Assembly: GCA_038087875.1 (NCBI GenBank)
Contig: CM075988.1
Location: forward strand, 18,974,001-19,038,000
Direction: 5' to 3'
DNA: 64,000 nt
Source of the DNA: Malacoraja senta
Taxonomy: Eukaryota
The notes under the pieces are model-generated. The model was not told where the DNA came from and did not search any database. It saw nothing but the letters and a program-made list of their open reading frames with translations. The position numbers were made by a program, and so were the translations under genes. How positions within the stretch are numbered: position 1 is the first letter of the stretch; each line of letters opens with the position of its first letter. Of the stretch, positions 37,493-50,382 are shown piece after piece.

Positions 37493-39411
37493 CTGAAACA
37501 TGGAAGATGGACATGAAAGAAGAAGTTAGAGATCTCCATTAGTCTATCAAGAGTCAAGAGTGTTTAATTGACAAATGGACCAATGGCATTTGTAGTCGCT
37601 CCAGGTCTGCAAACTCAATACACATAGATCTTTTTCTTATCGAGTCCACAGACAAGATTAGAAGATGTTCAGCCAGAGCTGAACACACTTCTCGGCATCT
37701 GCACACGATGGTGTCTGTCTTGTCGCTTCTTGTGCTTCTTGTGTGTGGTGGTGGAAAGATTGGTGAAAGCAGGGCCGCGACGTGAACGCTCTTTCCTTGA
37801 CCCCAATACACATAGATTATATATAAGAAACAAAAATTCAATACATTAATAACCACAATGCACATGCAAAACAAAAAACAAAATTACTTAATGTAACCAG
37901 ACAGTTCACAGAAGATCATAGGTTAGTGTTGTGCAGTGTTCAAGAGCCTGATAGTTGTTGGAAGAAACTGTTCTTGAACCAGGAGCTCACGGTTTTCAGG
38001 CTCCTGTACCTTCTTTAGACTTTAGATTTTTGAGTTACGGCACGGAAGCAGGGCCTTCGGCCCACTGGGTGTGCAGCGCCCAGCAATCCCTGCACACTAA
38101 CCTACACACACTCGGGACAATTTTACAACTTACCAAAGCCAATTAACCTACAAACCTGTACGTCTTTGGAGTGAGGGAGGAAACCGGAGCACCCGGAGAA
38201 AACCCACGTGGTCATGGGGAGTATGTACAAACTCCATACAGACAGCATCCGTGGTCAGGATCGTACCTGGGTCTCTGGCACTGTAAGGCTGCTCCATGGT
38301 GCCATCCCCAAAATGTCTTCCTGATGATATGAGAGTGTGGCCAGGGTGGTGTGGGTCTTTGATGATATTGTCTATGAGAAGGACTTGCTACGTTTGACCT
38401 GCTGCTTCCCTTGTATGATGATAAAAATAGACCGGAACAAAAGCTTCCACCATTGCTTCAATTCTGCTCAAAAGCAAAATGTGCATTTATGAATTAACAT
38501 CATTCATATCTTTAAGATGTTACTTCCTAAAGACTGTTGTATCTCTGCTGCAACTCAAGGCTCTGTAATCTATACCCATAACTTATGAACTTATTTTTTA
38601 AGGTGTAGATTGACAGATTCTTGATTAGTAGGGGTGTCAGGAATGATGGGTTTGAGAGGGAAAGATAGATCAGCCGTGATTGAATGGCGGAATAGACTTG
38701 ATGGGCGGAATGGCCCAATTTTGATCCTATAACTTATGAACTAATCGGACAACATTTGGGATACACCATGCAGCGTTTAATATCCTGATTCTAGCAATGT
38801 GTAGAGAGGAGCCATGAGGATCATTCCTATTGTTGGACATTTGAATGATGAAGGAAAGGTGGTGAAGTTTGGATTTCTCTATTTATGAATGGCCACCATA
38901 AAAGAATCATCGACAAGTCTACAAAATTATAAATCAGAAAAATGTGCAGATTCAAGCTGACTTGGGACTTTGTTGACCACCCCACAACAGACTTGTGAAC
39001 AGCTGCTTCCCTGCTGTTATCAGACGACTGAGCGGTAAGCTAGGATGGAGACCCAATCTTCCAACCTACCTCATTATGGACAGTGCACTTTTTCTCTGTA
39101 ACCGTAATGCTATAATGTTGCAACGCTACATTCTCCACTCTGGTATTCTTGTCTTTCCACTACCTGTTGTATTTGTGTGTGGCTTGTTAGTAATGTACCC
39201 ATGTACAGCATGATTTGAATGGATGGTACACAAAGTTTTCACTGTATCTCAGTTCTCGTAACAATAATAAATCAACATCAACACCAATGGCGGTGGATGT
39301 AGCGAGTAGTACTTTAGAGGAGTTTAAACTGTGACCTGTGCCTTTACAGATTTTATGATGAAAGAGGCAGAATAGGCTCTTCCCTCTTTACATCCCCATG
39401 GGCACAAGATA

Positions 39412-39726
39412 CAATAGACAATAGACAATAGGTGCAGGAGTAGGCCATTCAGCCATTCGAGCCAGCACCACCATTCACTGTGATCATGGCTGAACATCCA
39501 CAATCAGTACACCGTTCCTCCCTTCTCCCCATATCCCCTGACTCCGCTATCTTTAAGAGCTCTATTTAACTATCTCTTGAAAGCATCCAGAGAATTGGCC
39601 TCCACTGCCTTCTAAATGGATTATCCCTTATTCTTAAAGTGTGGCCCTTGGTTCTGGACTCCCCCAACATCGGGAACATGTTTCCTGCCTCTAGCACGTT
39701 CAAACCCTTAATAATCTTATATGTTT
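39412..39726 (-). mobile_element. CR1 LINE 3' end with (TCTATTG)n tail
   Basis: ACAATAGACAATAGACAATAGGTGCAGGAGTAGGCCATTC start on the plus strand. Confidence 0.75.
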
Positions 39727-40019
39727 TCAAAGCACATGCTATCAGATCCAGGAACAGCTCTTCCCCACTGTTATCAGTTTACTGAGTTGTCATCTCATAA
39801 GCTAGGGTGTAGTCCTGATCTTCCAACCTACTTGATTGCAGACCTTGCACTTTCTCTGGAACTGTAATGCCACATTGCTGTAACACTATATTCTGCATTC
39901 AGGTGTTTTTCTCTTTTCACAAGTGTTGTACTTGTGTATGCTTTGATTGTATTCATGTATAATATGATTTGGCTGCATAGCACACCAACGTGTTTCAATG
40001 TATCTCAGTAATAGCCAAG

Positions 40020-40170
40020 TACCACACGCACACGCATGTACAAAACGCAAACACACATGCACATGCTTATGCGCACACACAGAACACGTGCACACCCACA
40101 CAACATGCTTGCACACACACACAAACACACGTGCACACACACACACGTGCACACATACGCACACACACGC
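40020..40170. repeat. Degenerate (CA)n microsatellite
   Basis: Direct reading. Confidence 0.95.
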
Positions 40171-40479
40171 AGAGACTCATTAAAGCATACATAAAGAAAA
40201 CACACCCACCCACAGAACAGAAGATAACAAACATTAGGAAACTTTTCACACAGCTACAGAAAAACGGCCTCAGCGTCACATACAAAGGTGCCTGGAGAAC
40301 AAAAATCCACTCTCTTCACGCAGTGTCGATCCTTCATAAAAGTGCAATTGTCAAGGCCAATAAGACAATGAGAAAAAAAATCAGCTCCACCACGCAATGT
40401 GTTGCCTTGACAACCATCTGGAGAATGCATCAAGTCTGGCTCGAAAAAATGCCACTTCCGGAGATGGGCATGGAACTAC

Positions 40480-40566
40480 CAGGAGGAGCCCTTGGGCCCC
40501 TGCATCTCCGCATGCCGAAGGCTGTTCAAGACAGGACATATGTTGCAGAAACATCCTCGTTTTTAC
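40480..40566 (-). CDS. Candidate coding exon, unidentified gene
   Basis: Acceptor ttcttttccatctgttatttttag, 87 nt, VKTRMFLQHMSCLEQPSACGDAGAQGLLL, weak donor GTAGTT. Confidence 0.3.
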
Positions 40567-42439
40567 CTAAAAATAACAGATGGAAAAGAAAAAATAGGAA
40601 TGTCAGAGCAAATGTGGGATATTTTAAGTTTTACACGGTTCTATGTCTTACTGGACAAAATAGTCATTACTATAACTCAATGTGATATGATCTTTCTTTG
40701 CTAACTGAGGAAAATAAGTAAGATGATAGCTGGCAAAAGGCTGTTAGACTAAAGACGATTTATTAAATTTAGGTGACACTTTCTGATAGTATTATCAAAG
40801 TTCAACGCTAAGAAGCTACATGTTTATTTTCATTAGAAGTTAGGTGGTTGGACACTGCCATTGTCCAGCGGCACATATCGGGAGCGGCCGGCAATGCTCT
40901 CCGCTGGTCTAAATGAAGCCAGTGCTAAGAACTCTCTCGAAGTTTGCCACCATCAACGGCAGATGCATCCCATCCACCGCCTTAGACATTCATTCTTTCC
41001 ATCACGGTGGCTACAGTGTAGCTCATGGCAAAAGGTGGATTGTGTTCTGCTCAAGGTCTCTTGACAGCATGTTCCAAACCCATGACCTATTTCACCAAGG
41101 AGGACACGGTGGCTCGGCGGTAGAGTTGCTGCCTTACAGCACCAGTTACCGGGGTTTGTTCCTGACTATGGGCGCTGTCTGTATGGAGGTAGGTTCCTGG
41201 ATTGCATTTCCAGGGGTGGTGGTTGAGGTAGGTATGATAGTGGAATTTAACAGACTTTTGGCTTTTGATATGCAGGGAATGGAGGGATGTGGATTATGTG
41301 GATTATGTGCAGGCAATTAAGTGTTCGTCTTGGCATCATGTTCAGCACAGACATTACAGGCCAATGGTGTAGGAAGGAACTGCTGGTTTAAACCGAAAAA
41401 AAGACACAAAATGCTGGAGTAACTCAGCGGAACAGGCAGCATCTCTGAATAGAAGGAATTGATGAAGTTTCGGGTTGAGATCCTTCTTCAGACTGACTGT
41501 CTTACAGGCCAATGGCCCTGTTTCTGTGCTGTACTGCTCTATGTTCTATGTACTATGTTTTATATTGTAGTTTTTGTATGAAATGAGAAACAGGAGTATT
41601 ATTCAATGGATAAAACATCAGAATTGATATTAAACGTTACCTATTTCCTTCGCTCCATAGATGCTGCTGCACCCGCTGAGTTTCTCCAGCATTTTTGTGT
41701 ACCTTTGATATTTGATATTAATATTGATCTCTATGTACAACATCTTGAAACCAAAATCCCACACAGAATTTAGATTACCTTGCATGCCTATGATTACCTA
41801 TGTCTGTACATTGCAGTCTGTTCTCACAAACTGTGCAGTTTAAAGATACAGCATGGCAACAGACCCTTCAGCCCATCGAGTCCATACCGACCATCGATCA
41901 CCCATTCACACCAGTTCCACATTATCCATTCACTACACACTAACGGCAATTTACAGAGGACCGATTAATCTATAATGGAATGTGGGAGGAAACGGGGGGC
42001 ACCCAGAGGAAAGCCACGTGGTCATAGAAAGAACATGCAAACTCCGCGCAGACAGCACCCTAGTTCTGGATTGAACCTGCGTCTCTGGTGTGGTGAGGAG
42101 GCAACTCTACCGTTGTGCCATTGTGGGGTAATTTCTATATTCATTTTTTATAACTTTTAATTCTCTGTCAAATTATTTATCTATGTACCTTTATAGTTAC
42201 CGATGCAGAGCTAACAACCTGTTACTATTTTCCACAAACAAGGGATAGCTTTTCAATGCGACAACGTTGCAATTTGCTGGGGGACTGAGGACTGAGAACC
42301 AAGTTAGACCCTGTCTGGAACAATGCAGAGTAGATAATTATTCTCCTCATCCAGAAGGTGAATCCAATGCCTTGGCTGTGGTCTGAATCCTGAAATGACA
42401 AAAAGAAATGAAAAGCAGATGTAACTAGTAAGGCGTAGG

Positions 42440-42730
42440 ACAGCACAGTGACGCAGTGGTAGAGTTGCTGCCTTACGGTGCCAGAGACCAGGTTCGATCC
42501 TGGCTATGGGTGCTGTCTATATGGAGTTTGTACCTTCTACCCGTGACCACGTTGGTTTTCTCCAGGTGCTCTGGTTTCCTCCCATATGCCAAAGACGTGC
42601 AGGTTTGAGGGTAAATTGGCTTCTGTAAACTGTCCCAAGTGTGTAGTGTGGAACTAGTGTATGGGTCGGCGTGGACTCCGTGGGCCGAAGCGCCTATTTC
42701 CGCACTATATCAATAAACTGAACTAAACTA
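42440..42730 (+). mobile_element. V-SINE (HE1-like)
   Basis: Full-length copy. Further copies at ~1-110(-), 11300-11550, 28858-29100, 36150-36430, 38015-38305(-), 41840-42125(-), 53080-53380(-), 59695-60006, 60870-61160. Confidence 0.9.
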
Positions 42731-44045
42731 AATTGTACAACTGTGAACTGTGGAACTGGTGAGCCAGAGATAGGATTCACAAAGGAGCACGACAGACATT
42801 GCCAAGGTACAGGTGCAGGATGAGACTACTCTGGCTCCCAAACCTGCCCTGCCACGGTTAATCCAATCTACTTTCATGCCATATCCAAGAGGCTGACTCC
42901 CCTGAAGTAATAAAATATATAGAAGTTAATCCTTTAATATACTTAATGTCTTAACATCCTTAGCTCTCTAGAGTAGAGATTACAAAACTGGAAATTTGGT
43001 CTGGATGAATGTCCAAAACTAAGGGATGGTAAACGACCTTCAGTAGAACTGTAGATAGGCAATCCCCTCACCCCACTTTCTTCCCTCCCCCTCTTCCCTG
43101 TGCCCCACCTGGATGCTCACCTCTGTCTCCCCTCCTCCTCCCCCCCCCCCACCAATATTCCTTCCTCTGGCTTCACAATTCGCTCTTTTACCCTTATCTC
43201 ACACTTTTTTTATCTTTTGACCCCTGGCCTTTGTTCACCCATCTATCAAAAACACTCACCTGGGTGAAGAAGGGGTTTGGCCCGAAACGTTGCCTATTTC
43301 CTTCGCTCCATAGATGCTGCTGCACCCGCTGAGTTTCTCCAGCACTTTTGTCTACCACCTGCATCCACCTATCACTCACCATGCTTTGTCCTGTCTTTCC
43401 TGTCTTCCAGCTTTCTCCCCTCCCTCCCCACCTCAATCAATCTGATGAAGGGTCCCAACCTTAAATGTCACCTACCCTGTTCTCCAGAGATGCTGTCTGA
43501 TGCATTGACTTGCTCCTCCTTGGCTGTGGGTCTGACTTCTGAATGGCAGAAAGGGCCAAAAACTGAAAACTATGCAGTGTTTAGCAACTATGCAGTGAGG
43601 AAGCTCCTCCTCATCCCATTGTTAAATGGACGATCCTTCACCCTGATCGTATGCTGCCTATTCCAGTCTACAAGAATGATTGAGTTAACATATGGTTAGC
43701 GTTTGAAGCTCCCAGCGAAAATCCACGTAGGTCACGGGGAAAATGTACAAACTTCGTAAAGACAAGCACCCATAGTCAGGATAATCTGGCTCTGTAAGGC
43801 AACAACTCTACTACTGCACTGCTGTGCCGCCCATATGTTATACTAGACTAAGTGGGACCCGTTGGGGCTCATGTTCACATGGGAGGGCTAGCCCCACAAC
43901 GCAATATTCCATCTCTCCATCAATTCCAATATTGGTGGCCAGTGGGGGGGGGGGGGGCTTTCTGGTGCGCTAGTATGAGTGTCGTAGGCCAAAGGGACTG
44001 GTTTCCAGAGGGCTAGTATGGACATTGTGGGCCGAATGGACTCTT

Positions 44046-44272
44046 GGGCTGGCAGCTCAGTCACTCAGGCCTGGTAGGATGGCAGGTCAGTCATTCAGGC
44101 CTGGGGAGCTGGCAGCTCAGTCACTCACCCTGGTAGGCTGGCAGCTCAGTCACTCAGGGCTGGTGGGCTGGCAGCTCAGTCACTCAGGGCTGGTGGGCTG
44201 GCAGCTCAGTCACTCAGGGCTGGTGGGCTGGCAGCTCAGTCACTCGGGGCTGGTGGGCTGGCAGTTCACTCA
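44046..44272. repeat. 30-bp minisatellite (~7.5 copies)
   Basis: Unit GGGCTGGCAGCTCAGTCACTCAGGGCTGGT. Confidence 0.95.
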
Positions 44273-44298
44273 CGGCTATTCCTTGAAATTCCATTTCA

Positions 44299-44567
44299 AG
44301 CAGAGTGCGGACCACCAAATTCAATTTCATGGCATTTCAGGCAGAGTGTGGGCCACCAAAGTCAATTTCATGGCATTTTTGGCAGAGTGCGGGCCACCAA
44401 AGTCAATTTCATGGCATTTCAGACAGAGTGCAGGCCACCAAAGTCAATTTCATGGCATTTCAGGCAGAGTGCAGGCCACCAAATTCAATTTCATGGCATT
44501 TCAGGCAGAGTGCAGGCCACCAAAGTCAATTTCATAGCATTTCAGGCAGAGTGAATGCCACCAAATT
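44299..44567. repeat. 41-bp minisatellite (~6.5 copies)
   Basis: Unit GGCAGAGTGCAGGCCACCAAAGTCAATTTCATGGCATTTCA. Confidence 0.95.
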
Positions 44568-45126
44568 GCCAAACAACTCATTGGCATTAACAACAATTGG
44601 CATTAAGGGCTAACAAATCATTTATTGCAAGTACATTGCAGACTCACGGTTCAGTTGAATCAAAGCTTTGAATTACAGTTGTGGACTCTCCCTCGCGATC
44701 TTCCCGAGTGACTGACTCACGTCCAGCCATCTGGGGTTTTATAGTCCTGCCCCCCCCCCCGGAAGGGGCGTTACCTTAATCGTGGTGATTGACAGGCGAG
44801 GGGACCAATCAGCTGATCTCAAGGTTTTTTAAACACTCATAACTTTTTTATTTTTATTCGATCGGAAAAATCCTCAGGGCTGCCTCAGCGGAGGAGGACT
44901 GTGAATAAGATGGCCAACAATCGTAATGATATATGGTAGCGCTTTTTCTAAAATCAATATACAGCGCAGACAGGAAGTGGTCAAGATGAGACTTTTCGTT
45001 ATATAGATGTTTCTATCAGGTATTTTCTCATTTTTCACAATCAGCTTACTCTTTCTTATAACGTAACCCTTAGCGTTGGAATTTAATCCAACGAAAACTC
45101 TTTGCACTGCCTTCAATATAAGCATA

Positions 45127-45335
45127 AGATAGACACAAAAAGCTGGAGTAACTCAGCGGGTTAGACAGCATCTCTGGAGAGAAGGAATAGGTGATGTTTC
45201 TGGATCTGAGGAAGGGTCTCAACCCGAAACGTCACCTATTCCTTTTCTCCAGAGATGCAGTCTGTCCCGTTGAGTTACTCCAGCTTTTTGGTTCTATTTT
45301 TGGTTTAAACCTGCATCTGCAGTTCCTTCCTACAC
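45127..45335. mobile_element. Penelope-derived short element as an inverted pair
   Basis: Minus arm (AGACACAAAAAGCTGGAGTAACTCAG...) followed by plus arm (...GAAACGTCACCTATTCC...GAGTTACTCCAGC). Confidence 0.8.
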
Positions 45336-45839
45336 TTTTAATATAAACATATTCTATCTGTGATCTTGTTCCACAAGACCAATCAAATTTTTATTACTAG
45401 TTCCCCCTGACCTTTTTATTAAACAAATGAGACTTGCAGAAGCTTTAATGCATTCATGTTAGGATATGATATTTGGATTGAGTAGTTAAAAAGCCATTCA
45501 CAAGATATTATATAGAAAATTATTAAATTAACATTAAAAAAATCACCACTGGTCACTGCAACAAAGGAAAATAATATTAAAAATGCCATATAAAATTTTA
45601 ATTGACACTTAAAGTTTGATTAGCACATTTTTAATTTAGTGTTATTCTTATATCATCGCCTTGGTTAAAGTTCCATTTTATCTTTATCTTTGGCTCATGA
45701 CTAGATTTCAATTTAATTTGAAAATGATGTGAATAAAGATGTGAGATTTGCAAACAGATTCCTACAGAAGTATTTTGCTCTAATGTCCTTTGGTATTAGC
45801 TGTTCCTTTCACTCTGTAGTTTTACTCCATAGGTCTATT

Positions 45840-46312
45840 AGTCATAGAGTGATACAGTGTGGAAAGAGACTCTTTGGCCCAACTTGCCCACACCGACCGA
45901 CATGTCCCAACTACACTAGTCCCACCTGCCTGCATTTGGTCCATATCCCTCCAAAATTGTCCTATTCATGTACCTGTCCAACTGTTTCTGAAACGTTGGG
46001 ATAGTCCCAGCCTCAACGTCTTCCTCTGTCAGCATGTTCATACACCCACCACTCTTTGTGTGAAAAAGTTACCCCTCAGATTCTTATTAAATCTTTTCCC
46101 CTTCTCCTTGAACCTATGACCTCTGGTCCTTGATGCCCCTACTCTGGGCAAGAGATTCTGTTCCTCTACCCGATCTATTCCTCTCATGATTTTATACACC
46201 TCAATAAGATTGCCCCTCATCCTCCTGCTCTCCAAAGAATAGAGACCCAGCCTACTAAACCTCTCCCTATAGCTCAGACTCTCTAGTCCTGGCAGCATCC
46301 TCTTGACAATAT
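45840..46312 (-). mobile_element. CR1 (HER1-like) LINE 3' end
   Basis: ORF 46038-46352: RLGLYSLESRRMRGNLIEVYKIM...TRGHRF...FFTQRVVGV. Confidence 0.9.
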
Positions 46313-46755
46313 CTTTCCTATAACAGCTGATGGCTTCTGCTGATGAGCACATTTACACCAACGCTTTCCTCGTCACGGGGATCCCTGATTTCAAAGGGAT
46401 CGGGACGGATCAAAACTGCGTCACGCTTCAGACTGAGAGGCAGTAAATTGGCCGAGAAATTAGCACTGTTGCTGATGTTCAGGTCACACCTTGGGAGCAC
46501 AATAGTTGTTACTGAGCATAAAGGGGAGGATCACCTACACTTAGAGATGTCCAGACCAGTCTCGCCCCGGTCACATCAGGCAAGAGGCACAGAAGCGTGA
46601 AAGAGATAGTTTCTTCCCGGCTGTTATCAGGCAACTGAACCATCCCCCCACAAATTAGAGAGCGGTTCTGAGCTACCATCTACCTCATTGGAGACCTTCG
46701 GCTTATATTAATTTGGACTTTACTGGGCTTTATCTAGCACAAACTGTTATTCCCT

Positions 46756-47546
46756 TGATAATCCTGGCTGAAACCGAGCAGCCATAGTACCCAAACTTTA
46801 ATCAGGACTCATGTATTGCTAGGCCATTTTGGTCAAGTTTGGTGTGCTCTGTAGAAACGGGACAAGCTTCTGAATGGTGCCAGCAAGTTTGTGGCCCAGA
46901 TCAGTGTTGCATATTCCATTGACAGATGGATGGGATTTTTGCAGGGGACATCCTGGGAAATGTAAAATGCATGAGGTTAATTGGATAAATGCAAACATTG
47001 TAAATAATGTTGCGAGACAGGTACCCTGTTAAGTGTCGATTGGTTGAAATGTTTAGCACTGTCAGCATGTTCATACACCCACCACTCTTTGTGTGAAAAA
47101 TTGTTTGAATCCCAGGGTAAATGTTGCATATTCAAGATTCTGTTAGCCTCTTCTGGAAGCTTCACCTGCAACAATGTAAGAGGTTTCTGTAATTAGCCTG
47201 TGTACCTGTCAGTAATGTATTATTGTAATTTGTTGTACTTGATTGGATTGTAAATATACCACCCCTCTGTAGTTCGGCCCCTCAAGGTTCGGGGACCTAT
47301 AAAAGGCGGCCCCCACGAGGTCCGTTGTCGATCTTCTGGAAGAACGCTTGGGACTGTGTGACCTTTTGGAGTGTCTCTGCTTGCACGAGGCTTTCAGGCT
47401 TGGCCAGGCAGATACAAGGATCGAACCTGCAGTGGTTTAGGTATCGTATAGGGTCATTTGTTGTGCTATCCAAAAATAAAGGTTAGTTGTTCCAGTGCTT
47501 TATTGACTGACCTAGACTGGTGGGAAGCTTGGAAAGCATATTTGCA
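46756..47546 (+). mobile_element. Solo LTR (791 bp), family unknown
   Basis: TG...CA ends, TATAAAA 47298-47304, AATAAA 47475-47480, 4-bp TSD CCCT/CCCA. Splits a Rex1-type 3' UTR (GTTATTCCCT|TTATCCTGTATCTG). Confidence 0.7.
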
Positions 47547-49989
47547 CCCATTATCCTGTATCTGTACACTGTGGACAGCTTGATTGTAATCATGTATGGT
47601 CTTTCCACTGATTGGATAGCACCAAACAAAAAAGCTTTTCATTGTATCTGGATACACGTAACAATACTCAACTAGACTAGACTAGACTAGACACGAACGT
47701 CAGCACAGAAACAGGCCCTTCATTCACCTTGTCCATGGCAACCAAGTTGGCATATTGAGCTCGTCCTATTTGCCTGCATTTGGACTACCTCCCTCAAAAT
47801 CCTTCCTGTCGATATATCAGCGGGCAAGATCATCTCTGGCCCCTCTCACCCTGGCCACAAACTCTTTGAATCACTTCCCTCTGGAAGGCGACTCCGGACT
47901 GTCAAAGCTGCCACAGCCAGACATAAAAACAGTTTTTATCCACGAGTAGTTGCGCTACTCAACAGCCAAAAATCTGTAGCCTCCCTTTGATCTGGTATTT
48001 TGTTGGTTCACATGCTTGATCAATGGTGTTTTATCATTAACGTCTTATTATTATTAATGTTTAGTGTTTTCTGAGTCATTCGTAACTGTCACTGTGTGTC
48101 ATGTTGTTACTTGTGGGCGGAGCACCAAGGCAATTTCCTTGTATGTGAATACTTGGCCAATAAACTTACTTACTTACTTACTTACTTATCTGTCCTAATG
48201 CCTTTCAAGGCATGTTGTTTTTCTTTGTTTATTCTTTTTATCTAATGTAGGCTCTACAAGCTGATACTGTTACAATACCTCATTGCCAAAGCTTTTTTTG
48301 GCAGGAAATATATGCCAGTTGTATTGACACTGGTAAACTTGTATTTACAGATGAACTGTTGGTCAGTCTGCAGGCCAGATGCACATTGATTGATACAGTT
48401 TGATAATTCACCAGCAAATACATTTGCCTATCTGCACCTTTTCAATTGTATTTTATGGAAGGCAACTGCCTTTCTGTTCAATTAGGTTTCACCATTTGCC
48501 CTGATTTACCACCAGTTTGGGCTCAGAAATTCATTTTCAGTTTAGATCAGGTTGCAACATGAAGTTGTTACCTTGCTTCATGCAGTTGATGAAGGGAACA
48601 GAGATTGCTGGGCACTTGGAGTGATGCTAAATTCTGGGCCAAACCTTATGTTAGTGGACCTGCTAAGCTGCACATGTAAAACGTTCATGGTACTGTTGTT
48701 GGTACAATAGACACTATGGACTTCTGTCTGCTTCCTTTCTCCTTTTGCACAACCTATGTACTCATGTACGATATGATATGGCACGACAGAAATGTATTCA
48801 TCCCAGGAGGGAAATTGGTCTGCCAACAGTCATAAAACCACAACAGGATACATGAAAAACATGAAATTAAAGTGACGAGTGGAAAGTCCAGGATTGGGGA
48901 TGTGCAAAGATTGGGGAAGTGGGGGAGGGGGGTGAAGGGGAGGCAGTCGACCCCACGACAGAATGGGGAGGAATTGTGCAGTTTGATAGCTACTGGGACC
49001 TCCTGTGGCATTCTGTCCTGCATCTTGGTGGAACCAGTCTGTTGCTGAAGGTGCTCCTCAGGTTGACCAGTGTGTCATGGAGGGGGTGAGTTTTATTGTC
49101 CAAGATGCTCCGCAGTTTGAGGAGCATCCTCCCCTCCAAGATCACCTCCAATTAATCCAACTCCACCCCCAGGATGGAGTAAGGTATGATTTGATTTGAC
49201 TGGATAGCACGCAAAACAATTTTTTTTCACTGCATCTTGGCTCACGTGAAGAGAATAAACTAACTCCGATAATTGAAACTACAGTCACAATTGATCTGAT
49301 GAATGACATAACATTCACATGGGCCCATTGCAGCTACCGTACAATGGGCTTGGGTCTCTCACAATGTCTTTGTATTTCATATTGTAAACTTCCACTATGT
49401 AACCACATCACAATTCTATGGTCATTGTTAACCAACAAAATGTTTGCTGCTTGTAAATGACCTTCCGATCTAGTCCTCAATCAACGCACAGAGCACTGAA
49501 CATCTTTTGTGAATGATTTTAAGATGAATACTCTTTTTCTTTTGGGCTCAAAAACACAATTTTCTCCTGGACTAAAACGGGAGAATGAATAACCGGAGCC
49601 GGCTCCCTCATTGGTTTTGTGTCAAGATTCAAGGTACAGGTCCATGGAATATGAAGGTTTTTATCTCCTGCAGCCAAGGCTCGGAGATGCAAAGTCTTCA
49701 ATCATATTATCTGCATCAAGAGGCAATGGTTTGTCCTTGGAAGGATGCGGTTAATGAAGGGGTTAGTAAGCTGCATCGTTTTTTCCGTGACTGATAACTA
49801 ATCTAATATTTCAGATATAATTAATGATCTGGCTTGCTGTTTCGAACTGATTTCCCCGATATAACTTTTACAAGCATGCGTTTGTTTCTGAAGTGCCATG
49901 ATTGATGTGCAGCCTCTACTGTTCAATTGTACATATCTCTCTCAGCCAGGCTGTTCCAGTTGTCAGTGGGGTTGAAGAATTTCCATTCA

Positions 49990-50300
49990 GTATCAGCACT
50001 CGTGCCTTCTGAACATTAAAGGCTCAACTCTTGCACCGGGCGAGAAATTTGAGAATGGAAACCCAGGCAGACACCTCAGGGCAGTCTTGATGGGGTGCTG
50101 CAGTGTCAGAGGGTCGGTCTTGTAAATGAAATCTGAACCTGGTCTCCCAGGTGCATTACAAACCTGTTCTTAGAGTTGAATGTAAACTGTTGCATGGCAC
50201 TATTTCAAAGAATAGGACAGTTCCATGTGCGCTCAGGGATCAATATTAATGCCCTGCCAACATCACAAAGAAAATATTATTTGATTGTTTCGTAGTCATG
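49990..50300 (+). mobile_element. Ancient Deu-domain SINE relic (SacSINE1/AmnSINE1-like)
   Basis: GGGTGCTGCAGTGTCAGAGGG...CATGGCACTATTTCAAAGAA...CAATATTAATGCCC..CAACATCACAAA resembles the Deu core as recalled. Related head at ~13920-13985 and tails at ~18590-18710 and 19370-19490. Confidence 0.6.
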
Positions 50301-50382
50301 TTTTTTTGTCCCATGTTATAACTTTTTTTTCTTAAGAAAAATTTGTTTCCTTTTTAAATCAGTGTATCTTTCTGACTAAAGG

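Larger units (their letters stand above)
43843..45007 (-). mobile_element. Non-autonomous Helitron with internal minisatellites
   Basis: Minus strand starts TC and ends CTAG, inserted between A and T with no TSD. Subterminal hairpin GGGACCC-GTT-GGGGCTC at 43854-43870. Confidence 0.85.

Noticed and set aside
39990..40685. 231-aa plus-strand ORF
   Set aside because: N-terminus is translated (CA)n microsatellite, GTG start, no recognisable domain.
44025..44613. Repetitive ORFs and CRISPR-like regular repeats
   Set aside because: Head-to-tail minisatellites without unique spacers, inside a Helitron in eukaryotic DNA. The ORFs arise from stop-free units.
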